Source: Cystobasidiomycetes sp. EMM_F5 (taxonomy: Eukaryota). Taken from it: a stretch of 57,900 nucleotides of DNA. The stretch lies in the NCBI GenBank assembly GCA_051047955.1, contig JBPGPT010000006.1, forward strand, positions 620,001 through 677,900. Reading direction: 5' to 3'. The notes under the pieces are model-generated. The model did not search any database and was not told the DNA's origin. It saw nothing but the letters and a program-made list of their open reading frames with translations. The translations under genes and the position numbers were made by a program. Below, piece after piece: positions 34,857 through 47,345 of this stretch; within the stretch, counting starts at the first letter, position 1, and each line of letters begins with the position of its first letter.

Positions 34857-34988
34857 CTGACTGATGTGCTCAGGGTGATGGACCGATAGATGTGCGAAGT
34901 GAAACTTGGACATACAAAGCGTGCATCAATATATTGATAAGCACGCGCTGATCCGGGTCCGCTGAGTACGCTCATGTCGCGTAGTCAG
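34857..34988 (+). other. Predicted multi-stem RNA structure downstream of RPS28
   Basis: Nested complementary segments CTGACT/AGTCAG, GTGCTCAG/CTGAGTAC and GGACC/GGTCC enclose two hairpins. Confidence 0.55.
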
Positions 34989-35416
34989 GAAGAGCGATCT
35001 GCGAATTTGTGCATCTGATGAGCAGGAACGAATTACGTATTCCGGTACGGGGAAAAGACTAATGTACAAGAAAATAGGATAACAACAACGAGAAGTACGA
35101 TCCAAATACTAATGTGAAAGGGTATATAAAGAAGAGGAAAGGGACTGTGCTGCTGAAATGACACTACGAAATTATTACATTGCGCTTATTAACGAGCGCA
35201 AACATGTATGGATCGTGTCTACTGCCTTCGTGTATTCACTGCTGTTTTGATGGGTTTGTATACAATGAAGAAAGGGCAGTACACGGATAGAATATGACCA
35301 CCTTGCAACGTCAAGGAGGCTCTATCGCACGGTGTTACAGCTGAGAAACGTTGCGGTTGTGCTGTATGAGGGGCGTGTAGGCAGCCAGTTGGAGAGGTCG
35401 GGCCAGAGGCATTGTG

Positions 35417-38021
35417 CTATCTGGCAATAGTCGGGGAATGTTGACGGCTGGAAGGCTTGCTGCCGTTGACAGGCGAAGATGCCCCGTTCTCCTGTGCAGC
35501 ACCTCTTGCTTCCATGTTTCGTACAAACCGTTGTAGTGCCCCGAGGCCTTCTTTACGGATGACGTCTGGATCGGTACGCTGATCAAATACTCGCGAGACG
35601 CTTTGTGACTGGTATGTACCGTTTGAGGTAGCTGGTGGAAGTGAAGTTGATAAAACGCTCGGCGGTGATGTGTTGCTGTTTACCTGGGTCGTGTTCTCGG
35701 AGCTGTTGCCGCGAAGTGGAGCGTAGCGTGCGGAACTTGTTGGCTGAGATGGGCCAGAGGCAGATGTATTGTTACGCGATCGTGAGGGATGAGACCGTGA
35801 ATCCAGTGGACCATCGTCCTCATCATCAGCCTCATCCTCGTCGTCGCCATCTCGACTAGACGCTTCGCCTCCCGTCTCATATCCGCTAGAAGAAGCATTG
35901 TTCTCATTCTTGCGAGGACTGGTTTGCTGCTGTGTGCTGCCATTTCCGTTGCGCGTCACGCTGTTACCGCCTCTGCCACCGTATTGCCGCTCCTGACCAT
36001 AGAATGATCCAGTTGAGGCATTTCTAGAGTGTGAATGGGAGGAGTTAGGTGCCAAATGGCTATTGTTGTGGGGAGAAGAGTACTGCTGAGTGGACGAAGA
36101 AGATGCAGCCTGTGCTTGATGTGACGAATTCGCCGGAGTTTGCGAATTGGTGTAGCTCGCCTGGCGGTACGAGCGCGGTCGAGGCGAATTGCGTTCTTTC
36201 AGGTGAGTAGCGTAACGTTGTATTCCTGCTACATTGTCCCATGCGTTTGTGTATTGACCCGAGAATGCTGCTGAACCGCTGCCAGGGTTCAAGCTGGGTG
36301 TCATCGGACCTTGCGCTGCTGAATTCCGAGAAGGCATCGGAATAGTCTGGACAATCGGCTTCGGCTTTGGCTCTCCAGGGAAAACTCTGGTAGGCGGAGC
36401 ACGCTGTTGGGACTCCCATGGAAAATTCGACGGAGTTTGGCTAGCTTGACCTTGGCTGGATGATGGCACGCTCTGTTGCGTATGTCTAGAATAGTCTTGA
36501 TGGGTAACAGCAGGCATCGGAGCATACTTCTCCGGTGCGACAAAGAACTTTTTGGATGCCGGGGAGCGGGGCGCATCCCACGTATTTTGATACTGGTTAT
36601 CCCATGCGACTGACATTTGCGGCTTGTCATTCTTTGGGGGTTCAGACCGGGCTGGATCCCATGCAACATTAGGCGGTGACCAAGCTCGGGCAGGCGCAGT
36701 ATGTTGTGGGACAGCAGGAGCAGCTTGTGGCGATGGTGAACGAACATGAATCTGAGGGTTCTCGAAGTGCGGTTGAGCAGACGGGCCTATAGGCGGAGTC
36801 GGAGCAGTAATCGTGACTGTAGGGGATGGCGAACGAGGCGGCGACGATGGGGACGTAAAGATGACTGGCTTGCTGAGATCGGGAATTCCAGCTTGTATGG
36901 GCATGCTGACATAGTGACCTTCGATAGATTGCTGTTGCGAGGTACCTTTGCCGCTGATAAACGAAGAGGAGGAGGCACCTTGGCCTTGGAACGACCGCTT
37001 CAATTCTTCCATCGATGGCGGTACGTACCGGTACGGCACTGCACCACTTTTGCCGTCTTGATTCCATATCGCTTGCAACTTCGGGAAGGTGAATGTTGAT
37101 TGGTTCGCATTCCCAGCCGCAAAGTAGCGGTGGTAGACACTGAACCATTTATTGACAAGACTTGCATAGTCGGATGCGCCAACGTCCTGCGAGGTTTCCG
37201 GAACGCTGCGCGATGGACCATTCTCATGCCAAGGCTTATGCCGTCCGATAAAGTGCACAATCTTGATATCGGCGCCATGTCGTCTGTATGCAGGTGCGTA
37301 GCTGCGGTGTAACGTACGAAGCATTAGATGTTGTAGGGCAATGTGGCGAAAACGAGCGCTACTCACGTATAGTATGCAGAGGGCGTAGTATTGTATGTAA
37401 AGCTGAGCCTGTTCCAATTTGGAAAGTAGTCGTTCAGGAGACCCTGATCTCCTCCATCCCACGATCCTCTGTCCCGTGCCATCTCCATCAAGCCGTCAAA
37501 GGTTGCCGCCGAGGGAGTCGCAACAAACATGCCGGAGTTGAAGCAATCTGGCCATCCCGAATCGGGTGCAGCAGAGAACGGAGCGTCCAGGGTGAAGAGG
37601 TGCGACAGCGGTCTCAGGCACAGTGTATCTGCATCGAGAAAGATGATGCGGCGGAACTGTACGAGTCGAAAGATGTGCAGTTTTGTGAGGGTTGAAGCGA
37701 GATCTGTACGGCCTGTAGGGTGAAATGTCAGCTCTGCCTCGTCCGTCGCCCCGCTCGTAGCTGCTCACCCAACAAGGCCAACTCCTTGCCGTTTCCAGAG
37801 CGAATCTCCTCGACTCCCACGACCAAGCTGAAGTTTTGGCGGAGTGATTTGATGCTCTGTACGCTCAGTGTCGCTGGCGTTATGAGACACACCGTCTCGA
37901 ATGGCACCTCTGGAGTCCTGCCGTCTTTGCCCTCTGCTTCGAGCAGCGAGTGCACAGCGACGAGTGCGCCGGGGACGTAGGCATCCGTCGTGACGAGCGT
38001 CACTACGGCGTTGAGTGACAT
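35417..38021 (-). CDS. Glycogenin (GT8) with a long low-complexity C-terminal tail
   Basis: AVVTLVTTDAYVPGALV, LALLGR.DL, LTKLHIFRL, FLDADTL, AAPDSGWPDCFNSG, DGGDQGLL and IVHFIG.HKPW. Confidence 0.92.
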
Positions 38022-38577
38022 TGCAAAGTCTTGCTTTTGTGGTGTAAAAATGTGTGGTTGTTTGATAAGGACCTGCGGATTTTTCGACCTGGAAGCGCCA
38101 GAGGAGAGCTGGGAGCTCGTGAGTCGCCAACCGGAGCAATTCCCAGTTTTATAATGCGACAGCTCCCGGGCTTTCCAGCCTCCGCCTAGTCTCCTGCGAC
38201 CTGCTTTGTTGTTTGTTGGCCGTTTAAAAGGTGACCCAGCGGGCGAGCTTTTCGCAAGGACACGCCAGAAATCCAGGTACGCGACAGTCGAGCAAGCCAG
38301 CCTCCGAGGGGTCAAGGGCAGGCAGATAGTTGGTTGCAATGCAAGCGTGGTAGTAATGAACTACGCTAGTCACTAGTACAGCCCGCCTTGCTCGAGTGCT
38401 CGTCAAATTTGCAGTCCGCGTTCTGACCCGCTCACTTTCTCTCAACCGGAGAGGCCTGCCGAAAGCGACTGAACCTGAGGATTACCCCGCATTGCAAATA
38501 TGTATCGGGGCGACTAGACGTCAACATGCAATAGCTCGTGAGACTATGCATTACAGAAATCCCAGCACTGTTTCACT

Positions 38578-40666
38578 TTACGGGTCATCCGGGTACAACA
38601 TTTTGGACGGAACTACCTCGGCATCAAACTCTTCAGGGGTCAGCATCCCAAGCTGCACCGTCGCTTCCTTGAGAGTGAGACCTTCCTTGTGCGCCTTCTT
38701 TGCACATTTAGCAACGTCTGCATGATAGGTTATGGTCAGTACAGCGAGCTATTCGACTCAACAGCTGATAACCACTCACTATCGTAACCCAATTTCGCAT
38801 TCAAGATGGTGGCCAACATCAAAGACTCGTTGAGCAGCTGGTCAATGCGCTTCTCGTTGGCTTCCAATCCTTCTACGCAATTCTTGCGGAATGACTCTGC
38901 GCCATCGCCGAGTATCCGAATAGATTGCAACAGGTTCTTGATGAGCACGGGCTTGAACACGTTGAGCTGATGAACCATGCCAAACATCAGCGTCGCTCCG
39001 ATCCCGATGGTACAGGCAACCCACTTCAAACTGTCCATACGAGCCAGCTACCGAGATAGCAACGTTGTTACCCATGACTTGGGCAGCGACCATGGTGAGC
39101 TATTACACATTCAATGCATAAGCCATAGACAATGCATGGTTGTAGAGTGACAAGCTTACAGCTTCGCATTGGGTAGGGTTGACTTTACCAGGCTACCCAC
39201 AATGAATCAACAGTCAGCACAGAATTTCAAGGCACACATTCTTAGTAATACTGACCATAATGGACGAGCCAGGCTCATTCTCTGGTAAATTGAGCTCGCC
39301 GAGACCGCAGCGTGGGCCAGAGCCAAGGTAACGGATATCGTTGGCAATCTTCATGAATGAAACGGCCAATGTGTTGAGTGCTCCCGAAGCCTCAACGATA
39401 GCATCGTGAGCAGCAAGGGCTTCAAACTGATAGACGAGCAGGCTTAGCTGACGTTCTCAGCGTTCCAAATTTCCTAGCATACCTTGTTGGGAGCAGTGAC
39501 GAACTCGATTCCGGTAATCTCCGAGATGGCCTTCGCAACAGCGACATCAAAGCCTTTCTTTGTGTTCAGTCCAGTTCCTACAGCCGTCCCGCCTTGCGCA
39601 AGCATCTTCAAGCGGGGCAGGGTGTCGTTGACTCTGTCGATGCCAAAGGTGAGCTGCTGTACGTAGCCAGAAAATTCCTGACCAAGAGTGAGCGGAGTTG
39701 CATCTTGCAAATGCGTTCTTCCAATCTTGATGATGTGGTCGAATGATTTGGCCTTCTTGTCGAGCGCATCTCTCAGTGCCGTCAATTTGGGGAGGAGCGA
39801 GTTTGTAATTTCGACAACAGCAGCAATGTGCATGGCGGTCGGAAACGAGTCGTTGGACGATGCAGACATGTTGACGTGATCGTTAGGGTGTACGGGCTTC
39901 TTTGATCCGATCTGGCCGCCGAGTATTTCGATGGCCCGGTTCGAGATGACTTCGTTTGCATTCATGTTGGTCTGCGTACCAGAACCGGTCTGGAAAACAA
40001 CGAGGGGGAAGTGGTCTAGCAGCTTTCCGCTGATGACCTGTGTGCGGAGGAGAAGCTCAGCATGTTTAGTTCAAAACTCGGCTCAGGACATGGCCTAAAC
40101 GCCGGTGAAGGGGACCCAACGCACTTCGTCTGCAGCATCCTGAATAGCTTGACCAATCTTTGCATCGAGTCCATATCTAGTGTTCACTTGAGCAGCTGCC
40201 TTCTTGAGCACGCCAAAAGCCTTGATGAGTGGTTCCGGCTGTCGTTCGGCTGCCCCGCCAATATCGAAGTTCTGGAGGGAGCTGGACAAGTCTACTTTAG
40301 CTACAGCTCCTTATAAAGCATGGAGTCTGCTACCCTACCGCTGAGTCTGAGCTCCCCAGTATCTGTCTGAAGCTACTTCAATATCGCCAAACGTGTCCTT
40401 TTCGGTTCTCTGTTTCGTGCGAACAATCGTTGACTTCAGTCGCCCATCACACGACAGTTTGCAGCCAACATTCACCAACCTTTGCAGCCATGCTGACGGA
40501 GAAGAAGCGCGCCTGACTGGCTCTTGCCTGTAAATGTGATATCGAAGCAGGTTACAGAGGTTGGCTCGGTCAGATGTTGACGAGCAATGACGGAGCTTTC
40601 AGAGCCCGAACCTACCAAGCAGACGGCATTCCGTGTCCGTGAAGCTGCAAGACTTCGTGACAGCAT
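38578..40666 (-). CDS. FUM1: Fumarate hydratase, class II
   Basis: [50 protein letters not shown] and SLMLATILN. Arg-rich presequence, ~10 introns. Confidence 0.96.
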
Positions 40667-40888
40667 TTCGTGCGCAGACTGCAGGACAGACCTCAGGAGA
40701 ACAATCAATGTCTGGATGGGGACTCGCTTGCAAGGAGTCTCCAAAAAAATGAAGCCTGGTCCGAATTCCGCCGAGGCAGCGGATGATTTGGTTGATGATG
40801 CGAGAAACAAGCATAAACATCAATGAACGATGCTGTATCATTGCTGACTGCCTATAACGACAATGTGCTAGTCTCCTCAACGCGAATC

Positions 40889-41678
40889 TCACAGATAGCT
40901 TCTCCGGAAATCGTCATGCACAGCTGATAAGTTGCTCCTAATGGGAATAATCGACCTTGTGCGCCAACTCTCCAATGATGCCGCAAGCAGACCTTCAATG
41001 ATGTCCTCAAGTGGAGGTGCATACTGCGCCAGATGCGTCTGCCACAACCAAAAGCATGCCAAAGCAATGACGCTTCCGACTGTCGCGCCTGCCATGACTT
41101 GAGCAGCTGTGTGGTAAGTGAGGCGGACACGGGACCAGCATACGGAGAAGGCGCCGTAGAGCACGGAAGAGGTGAGAACGAGTCGGACGAGGGGCGTAAA
41201 GTCACCGCTGTCGCCGTGTCTGCTGAGCAGGCGGGGCAGAAGGCGCGCGTGAGGCTTGATGTTCCAGATGCAGAGCGAGAGGTACACGCCAAAGAAGGCG
41301 ATGGACGATGAATGCGTCGAGGGCATGCCATACGTTGTCTTGTACGATAGTTCCGGTCGCGGTTGCCGTATGAATCGCTTCAGTATTTTGGCTGCAGTGC
41401 ATCCCATCAGCGCGTACCTTTCTCCGTAGAGCTGCACGCAGACCTACCGACCACAGCTGCCAGCGTTGCGCCTGCGCCAATGTAGACCGAGTGGACATTT
41501 CTCAGCCGTAATATCGCCAGTGCCGTGGCAGCCGTCACTATGGTCTGAGTCTGCAAAACACCCGGCAAACAGGTCAGCCAGTCGCAGCGCAGTCGATGCA
41601 GAGTCCCCAGACTCGCCGTGGCATATGCACCTCTTTCAGCACCATCAGCCAGGCTGCGCGTATACGTCCATGGGGCAT
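40889..41678 (-). CDS. PAP2-family lipid phosphatase (dolichyldiphosphatase Cax4/Cwh8-like)
   Basis: PAP2 motifs KILKRFIRQPRP, YGMPSTHS and SRVRLTYHTAAQV. Two upstream exons were spliced by eye. Confidence 0.85.
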
Positions 41679-41782
41679 GGCTGGGCGTAGCAGACTTGAA
41701 AGGCAGGTCGATGTTTGACTAACGTGCCCTTGTAATTCAAAGCTGCGGTTTGGCTTGGGACGATAAACTTTGGCAATCAAAC

Positions 41783-42510
41783 ATGGCTACTCTACGAGGA
41801 CTCATGCGGTCATTCGGACGCATGTCTGTCCACACCAAGGATAGCTCGCCGCAGCAGGCGCATACGCTGGTCGCGACAAGTTTCGCTTCGCCTTTTGCGC
41901 CCGCGGCCTTTGCATCCACGTCCAAGGTGCAACTGCAGCACATTCTGCGCAAGAAGAGCGGCACTTCTGGAGGAGGCAGCTCATCACGCTCCTTCTCCAC
42001 GTCCCGTCCAGTCTCCTCAACCCTCAACCAAGTCATTCGAGGTTGCCGAAAAGATACCCCAGTTCTCTCCAAATCACCAGCATTGCAAGGCGGTCCACAA
42101 CGTAAAGGCGTTTGCTCAAGAGTCTACGTGACAAAGCCCAAAAAGCCAAACTCTGCGCAGCGTAAGGTCGCAAAAATCAAGCTGTCCACAGGACAGAGCA
42201 TTATCGCATTTGTGCCAGGCGAGGGGCACAATCTGCAGGAGCATAGCGTAGTACTCGTTAGAGGAGGGCGTGTGCAGGATCTACCAGGTGTCAGGTGTGC
42301 AGCAGTGCTCCCAACCCGGACTTCACACCGCGTTTGACTGACATTGGAAATGACCGCAGATACAAAATCGTCAGAGGTGCCATGGATCTCAGCGGTGTCG
42401 CAGGTCGCAAGACTTCGAGATCCAAGTACGGAGGTGCGTGCGAAGCTCGACGTCAACAGCCACTTTTGCTGATATGACTGTGGCGTTCAGTCAAGATGCC
42501 CAAGTCATAA
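41783..42510 (+). CDS. MRPS12: Mitochondrial ribosomal protein uS12m
   Basis: Presequence, then [54 protein letters not shown] and SRSKYG. Confidence 0.95.
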
Positions 42511-42646
42511 AAGCAAGATGCTGTCGCTGCTTGCGCTCGACGCACGCCATAGTCAAGTGATTGACGGTGACCCATCGGATAGGCGGCAGCTACCGCACTT
42601 AGCATGTTGTACCAACAGTGCTTATTACAACGACAAGTATTGCAGA

Positions 42647-45600
42647 CTATCCAAGGCTCTTGAAGCTAGCCAACTGCACTTCTCGCTCACGGCCGCTGCG
42701 GACGAGGCGTTCACAAACAGCATTCAACGAGTGGACCCTGTATCCCCGTATCTCAGACGTTTCCTCGCAAGCAAATGACGGCTGCTCACCATTGATCCCT
42801 TTCTAATCTACTTCGAGCCTGAAAAACGTACACTTTCCCGTCTTTGCCGAGACCAGCAACATTCGATTTAGACGCCTTCTGCTTCCAGATGACAAATGTA
42901 CACTGTATCGGATCATCGATGGAGATTAGTCCATCTCCATATATTCGCGATACTGGCGCTTCGTGGGCGGCGGGACCGACACGCCCTCTGGCATCACGCG
43001 TATCTAGAAATTGCGAACAGCAGTTGCCAGTCATGATGTATATGTCTCTTAGTCGGATGTTTCGTAGTCGCCTATGATAGACGAGCGGGACAGGATGACC
43101 CTGCAAATCCCTTCGTACACTTTCAAATTGAATCAGGTGGTTTCCAGCCAACTGGAAAAACCCGTCCTTGAAGGGATCCGTTTTGTGCCCGTTCTTGTAA
43201 AATAACCGCCCAAAGCGTAAAGCTCCCAGTCGACAGCCATACATGCTGCAGAAGTTGAATGTCTGCGCAAGTAGCGGACTGTAATTACTCTCTTCTGCTG
43301 CTAGGTCTGCCAATTCACGAGCCTGAAAGGGAGGCAGCTTGTCTGCGGCCGTCCGATTTCGAGATTGAGGCTGCACTTTGATGTTGTCGCTAAGCATGAG
43401 CTGATCGGCAGCATCTCGTTCTCGCCTTCTATGCCAGTACTTGATTAGAGCTTGCAAACGAGCGACCCATTCAGTTGCTGCGGACGCTGGTTCGACCTGT
43501 CCATGTCGTCAGATAACAACGCACGACGGCATGGTCCTTCTCACCTACCTCAAAACGAAATCTGAGGTCATTGTCGAGGTTGACATCAATGATCTGATGA
43601 TCATGCGCCGCATCCTGAGCCCGTTTCTTTTGGCAATTCTTGCACGTTCGCGAGAGTTCCACTGTCTCTATGCTCCTCATATTGATTCCACCTTGACAGT
43701 GCAGCATTTGCTGAACATTTCTCTCTGTAGACATATGAATGAATGCGTCCATCGCGGCCTTGGGTGTAGCATCCGGACCAGAATCCCATCTGTTGAAGTC
43801 TGGAAATTGCGGAGGTTTCGCTCGACCAGGTTTGGTGAGAAGAATGAATTGGTCATGCGTTGACAAATACAGACGTTCCTTCTGGGATTCATTCCGGAAA
43901 CGCAGCCGATAGATGAAGCCTTCCAGGGCTGGCGGCTCTACCATGTGCGATGACGCGGATACAGGGATCCGTGTCGGGTAATGTACTTCAATGTGTACCT
44001 ACGGCCAAGGGTAAGAGTAATCCTATTACATGGAGAACGTAACTTCACCTCGAGTCGATGTGAGAGAGTTGACGACTATCGAACAACACGCTATTTAGCA
44101 TCGCCATAGGCTTGTGTAGGTTTTATGTGAATTACCTGCTTCATAATTGCACCGACATACATATCCCAGATTCGTTTGATTCCGTCGACAGAATTATGAT
44201 ACGATAGCCAGTCCAGCAGATTATTTCGCCTCCACGCCATACCGAGACTGAGACCACGCTGTTCTAGTGAGTTCACCAGGTCTGCCCAGTCGTGTCTCTT
44301 CGTCAATAGCTGGACGCTATTTTCGATGACTTGCTGCTTTGGCACCAACTTCTGACGATGGGTTCCAGCCTTCTCCATGTGCTCCGTTATTTTCCTTGAG
44401 GCGCTTGCGCTCAAGGCCCCGTTGTTCGCAGGTGGACCGCTCTGCTCGCTGTCAAAAGCCGAGACTATCGTACTCACTGCAAGTGCCGGAAAGTGTACTT
44501 CCAGCTTGTCAGGTCTCTGCTTATCGAGTGCAAGATGTAAATCGAAATACGCGTCTTGTGCGATACTGGGTGAGCGTGCTCGAAAGAGCACAAGATGCGT
44601 GCCGGTTGTTGCGCGAAAGCCTGGTATCCTGTGACGCAGCTTGTCGCGGTCGGTTGGCGTAGGAACGTAAGACATACAGAAGATGTGGGAGGCGTCCGAG
44701 AATGAAGACAATGATGTGCTGGAGGCCCGTAGCGGTATTGTCATCTTTAACCGTAATTTCTTGGACAGATAGCGCCGGAAAGGATCAGGCTGTGTCATGA
44801 ACAGTCGCATTAGCCAAAAGACAGCGCGAGAAGCAGAGCGGTAGATTTCAACTTACGTGACATGCCCACAGTTCGATGGAAGAATGTCGTCGAACGACCA
44901 CCATCTCCTCCCAGGGTTTATAGGCCATTCTGAAACGCCGCTCAGAGACCTCATCATACTCCTGCGGCAGATCCTCTCGCTTTGTATATCCCAGTCGGAC
45001 TAGCATTCTCTCAAGCTTAGCTGCTCCAGCTGGTAAGGAGGCTTCCTTTTGTGCAGCGAGAGCAGCAAGACCCGTCACTGTATCACTCGAATTTGGCCGC
45101 TGCAGCATGGGAGGAGAGTGAACGAGGTTCGATGGCGACGATTTTGGACTCAGTTTTGTGATTTCTACATTCGCGTCTTTCTTGCGATGATCAATACTCG
45201 CTGCGATTCTTGGCGTTGAATGGAGTGGCGGACTATCTGAAGGCTTCGCTGCAGCTGCCGGCATCACTGCCGCCGTACTAGGGCCGACATTAGATGTACC
45301 AGCTTCTGGTGTTCGAGCAGGGCTGGGTATCCGATGATTGTTCTTTACAGTGTCACGAATTGTTCGCAGAGATAGTCTCGACTTGGAGTGCTCTCCGGGA
45401 ACCGTGAGAGTGTTTCCATACGGACGCCGCGATGAGTCCGGAGCGGGTTTCGACGTCGAGGCTTGCGAGTGGGCTAAGGATCTCTCGCTTGTATTGCTGC
45501 TTTTATGACTAAAAAAGTCGGGTCGGGCAGTATGGAAGGAGTCGATGGCAGAGGAATAGACAGATAGAGCGGGAGTTGCAATAGGCTCTGGCGTTTCGAC

Positions 45601-46365
45601 ACGAGGCTCTCCTGTGACATCCAAATCCGGGATGGCGAAACCATTTGTGATACATTCTTGACTATCCCCGCTTGACAGGTGCTTGCGGTGCGCGTCACTG
45701 CGCAGCTTTTGGAACAAGGTGTCCGGTGATGTTCCATCGGTAGACGGTGTCCGCAGGTGGGCTCGAGAGCTCTTGTATAGTGCTCGCTGTTTACCTTTTC
45801 TGATATTGAAATGACGGCGTTTAGATTGGGTGCTATGGTCTGACCCAGACGACGGACTCGAATCGCTTCCGCTGTCGTCGCCGCCATCTACCCCTTCGAT
45901 ATTGCTGGATGAGCTGTGTTGGGAGAAGTCGAATGGGTCACGTGTAGTCCTAATGTCGCTCGAGCTGGAAGACTGAGCGGCTCCTGTTGCAGAGGAAGGG
46001 TCGGACGAGTCGACAGGTTTCGCTTGACTGCTATACCGCTGCTCTATGGCTTCCTCAGCCCATAGCGCGTCGATACCAATCAGGAAACTGCGACCCTCCC
46101 CAACCGTCACAGTACTCGAGTGGCCCTTGGCTGGTCGATTTCCAATGTAGACTCGCTGGTAGCCCTGTCCGTGGAGGTGACCTGGCCTGGAGAAGAATCT
46201 GAGCAGCGGATCCGGCGTGGGTAGCTGATATCCGGATCCAGAGCGCACAGCTGAACACGAAACCAACTCCTGTGGAATCAACGGGCGGTCTGGCGATATT
46301 GTCTGAGAGTCCGCACGGCCTGCGCTGCTGCCGCCCTCCTGACCCGCGTCGCCATCTTGTCCCAT
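42647..46365 (-). CDS. Spo71/Mug56-like multi-PH-domain protein
   Basis: Disordered N-terminus, RMLVRL..REDLP, GTHLVLFRARS, LAWRR.N.LDW-like motif, YLSTHDQ and C-terminal VFQARSRLERDQWV. Confidence 0.78.
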
Positions 46366-46630
46366 GCCGCCATCAGTGAATTCAGCAGTTGGACGTGTTT
46401 ACAGCGTCACGGTGGCAGCCGTCACTGAAATGAGTGCAGGTGGACCATCGTAACAAGAGCAAGGCAACTGAAGAATCGCAGAGCAATACTAAACAGAACG
46501 TGCTTTACACACGCAGCCAAGGTCTGAAGGTGGTTTGAGCGGGTCAATGTAAACGGATTTGAAAGAGGTACCATTCGCACAGGTTGTTCGCATTGCACTA
46601 CAACAAGACTAGGAAGAAAACTAGCTGTTG

Positions 46631-47085
46631 CACTGCCAACACGCAATCATGGTGTAAAAAGCGACTTCAGACGAAGTCACACCTCTTGCTACGGCTGCGC
46701 AGGTCTCGAGCCGAAGCAGACCAAAGTCTTGCAACTGCTCAAGACCATACAGGAGACGACGGAGCGTCCCTGGCGCAGTACCGAGCCCAAGTCATCGAGG
46801 GCAGGGTCCGCGATAATCGCAAGGCTGTGAGGCCATCGCTGAATCGCTTGTGTGGACCCGCCAAAAGGTAAGAGTTCTCGTTGGTGAGGAATTGTGACCT
46901 TTTTCACGTCATCGTAAGCCGTTGATTGATGTGGCTAATGTAGATTAGCTAGACATATCTCGGAAGTTCACTATAAAGTGATCCTAAAGAGTATGTTTCT
47001 TGGAAAAAAAGAAAAAGAGAAAGAGACGGCGCCAGCGCGTTTGCAAATTTATACCCACAACCGGTCAGTGATCGAGCTGTATAGT
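46631..47085 (-). repeat. Inverted repeat arm B (partner 33257-33719)
   Basis: Reverse complement of arm A. Confidence 0.97.
46661..47001 (-). ncRNA. U3 snoRNA (box C/D), copy B
   Basis: Same 341 nt as copy A. Only one substitution was seen by eye (CTGCTCTCG vs CTGCCCTCG, just before box C). Confidence 0.85.
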
Positions 47086-47345
47086 TGCCAGACCTCGACC
47101 TTTGATCTGAGCTGTGAATGCTTCGCAGATTTCACCGGACTATATCTTTACTCTAGACGCAGTCTCACTCGCCCATCGACCATCCCATCCCACCTTTGTC
47201 GACATTCTATTCCTTGCCGGCCCGAAGATACGCCGGGCTTTGTCGTCTCTAACTCCGGTGTCCGCAAACCTCAATTTAAAAGACTGGCCGGCATTCTTTC
47301 CACACCTCCATCCGCAGAGCGTTTTATCTGTCCGTCGGTAGGACG

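Noticed and set aside
35015..35056. Hammerhead ribozyme core (CTGATGA...GAA)
   Set aside because: No proper stem II/GAAA arrangement or stems I and III could be built.
33257..47085. Inverted repeats as terminal repeats of a large transposon
   Set aside because: No transposase inside, the cargo is housekeeping genes, no target-site duplication was seen, and the repeat edges decay gradually.
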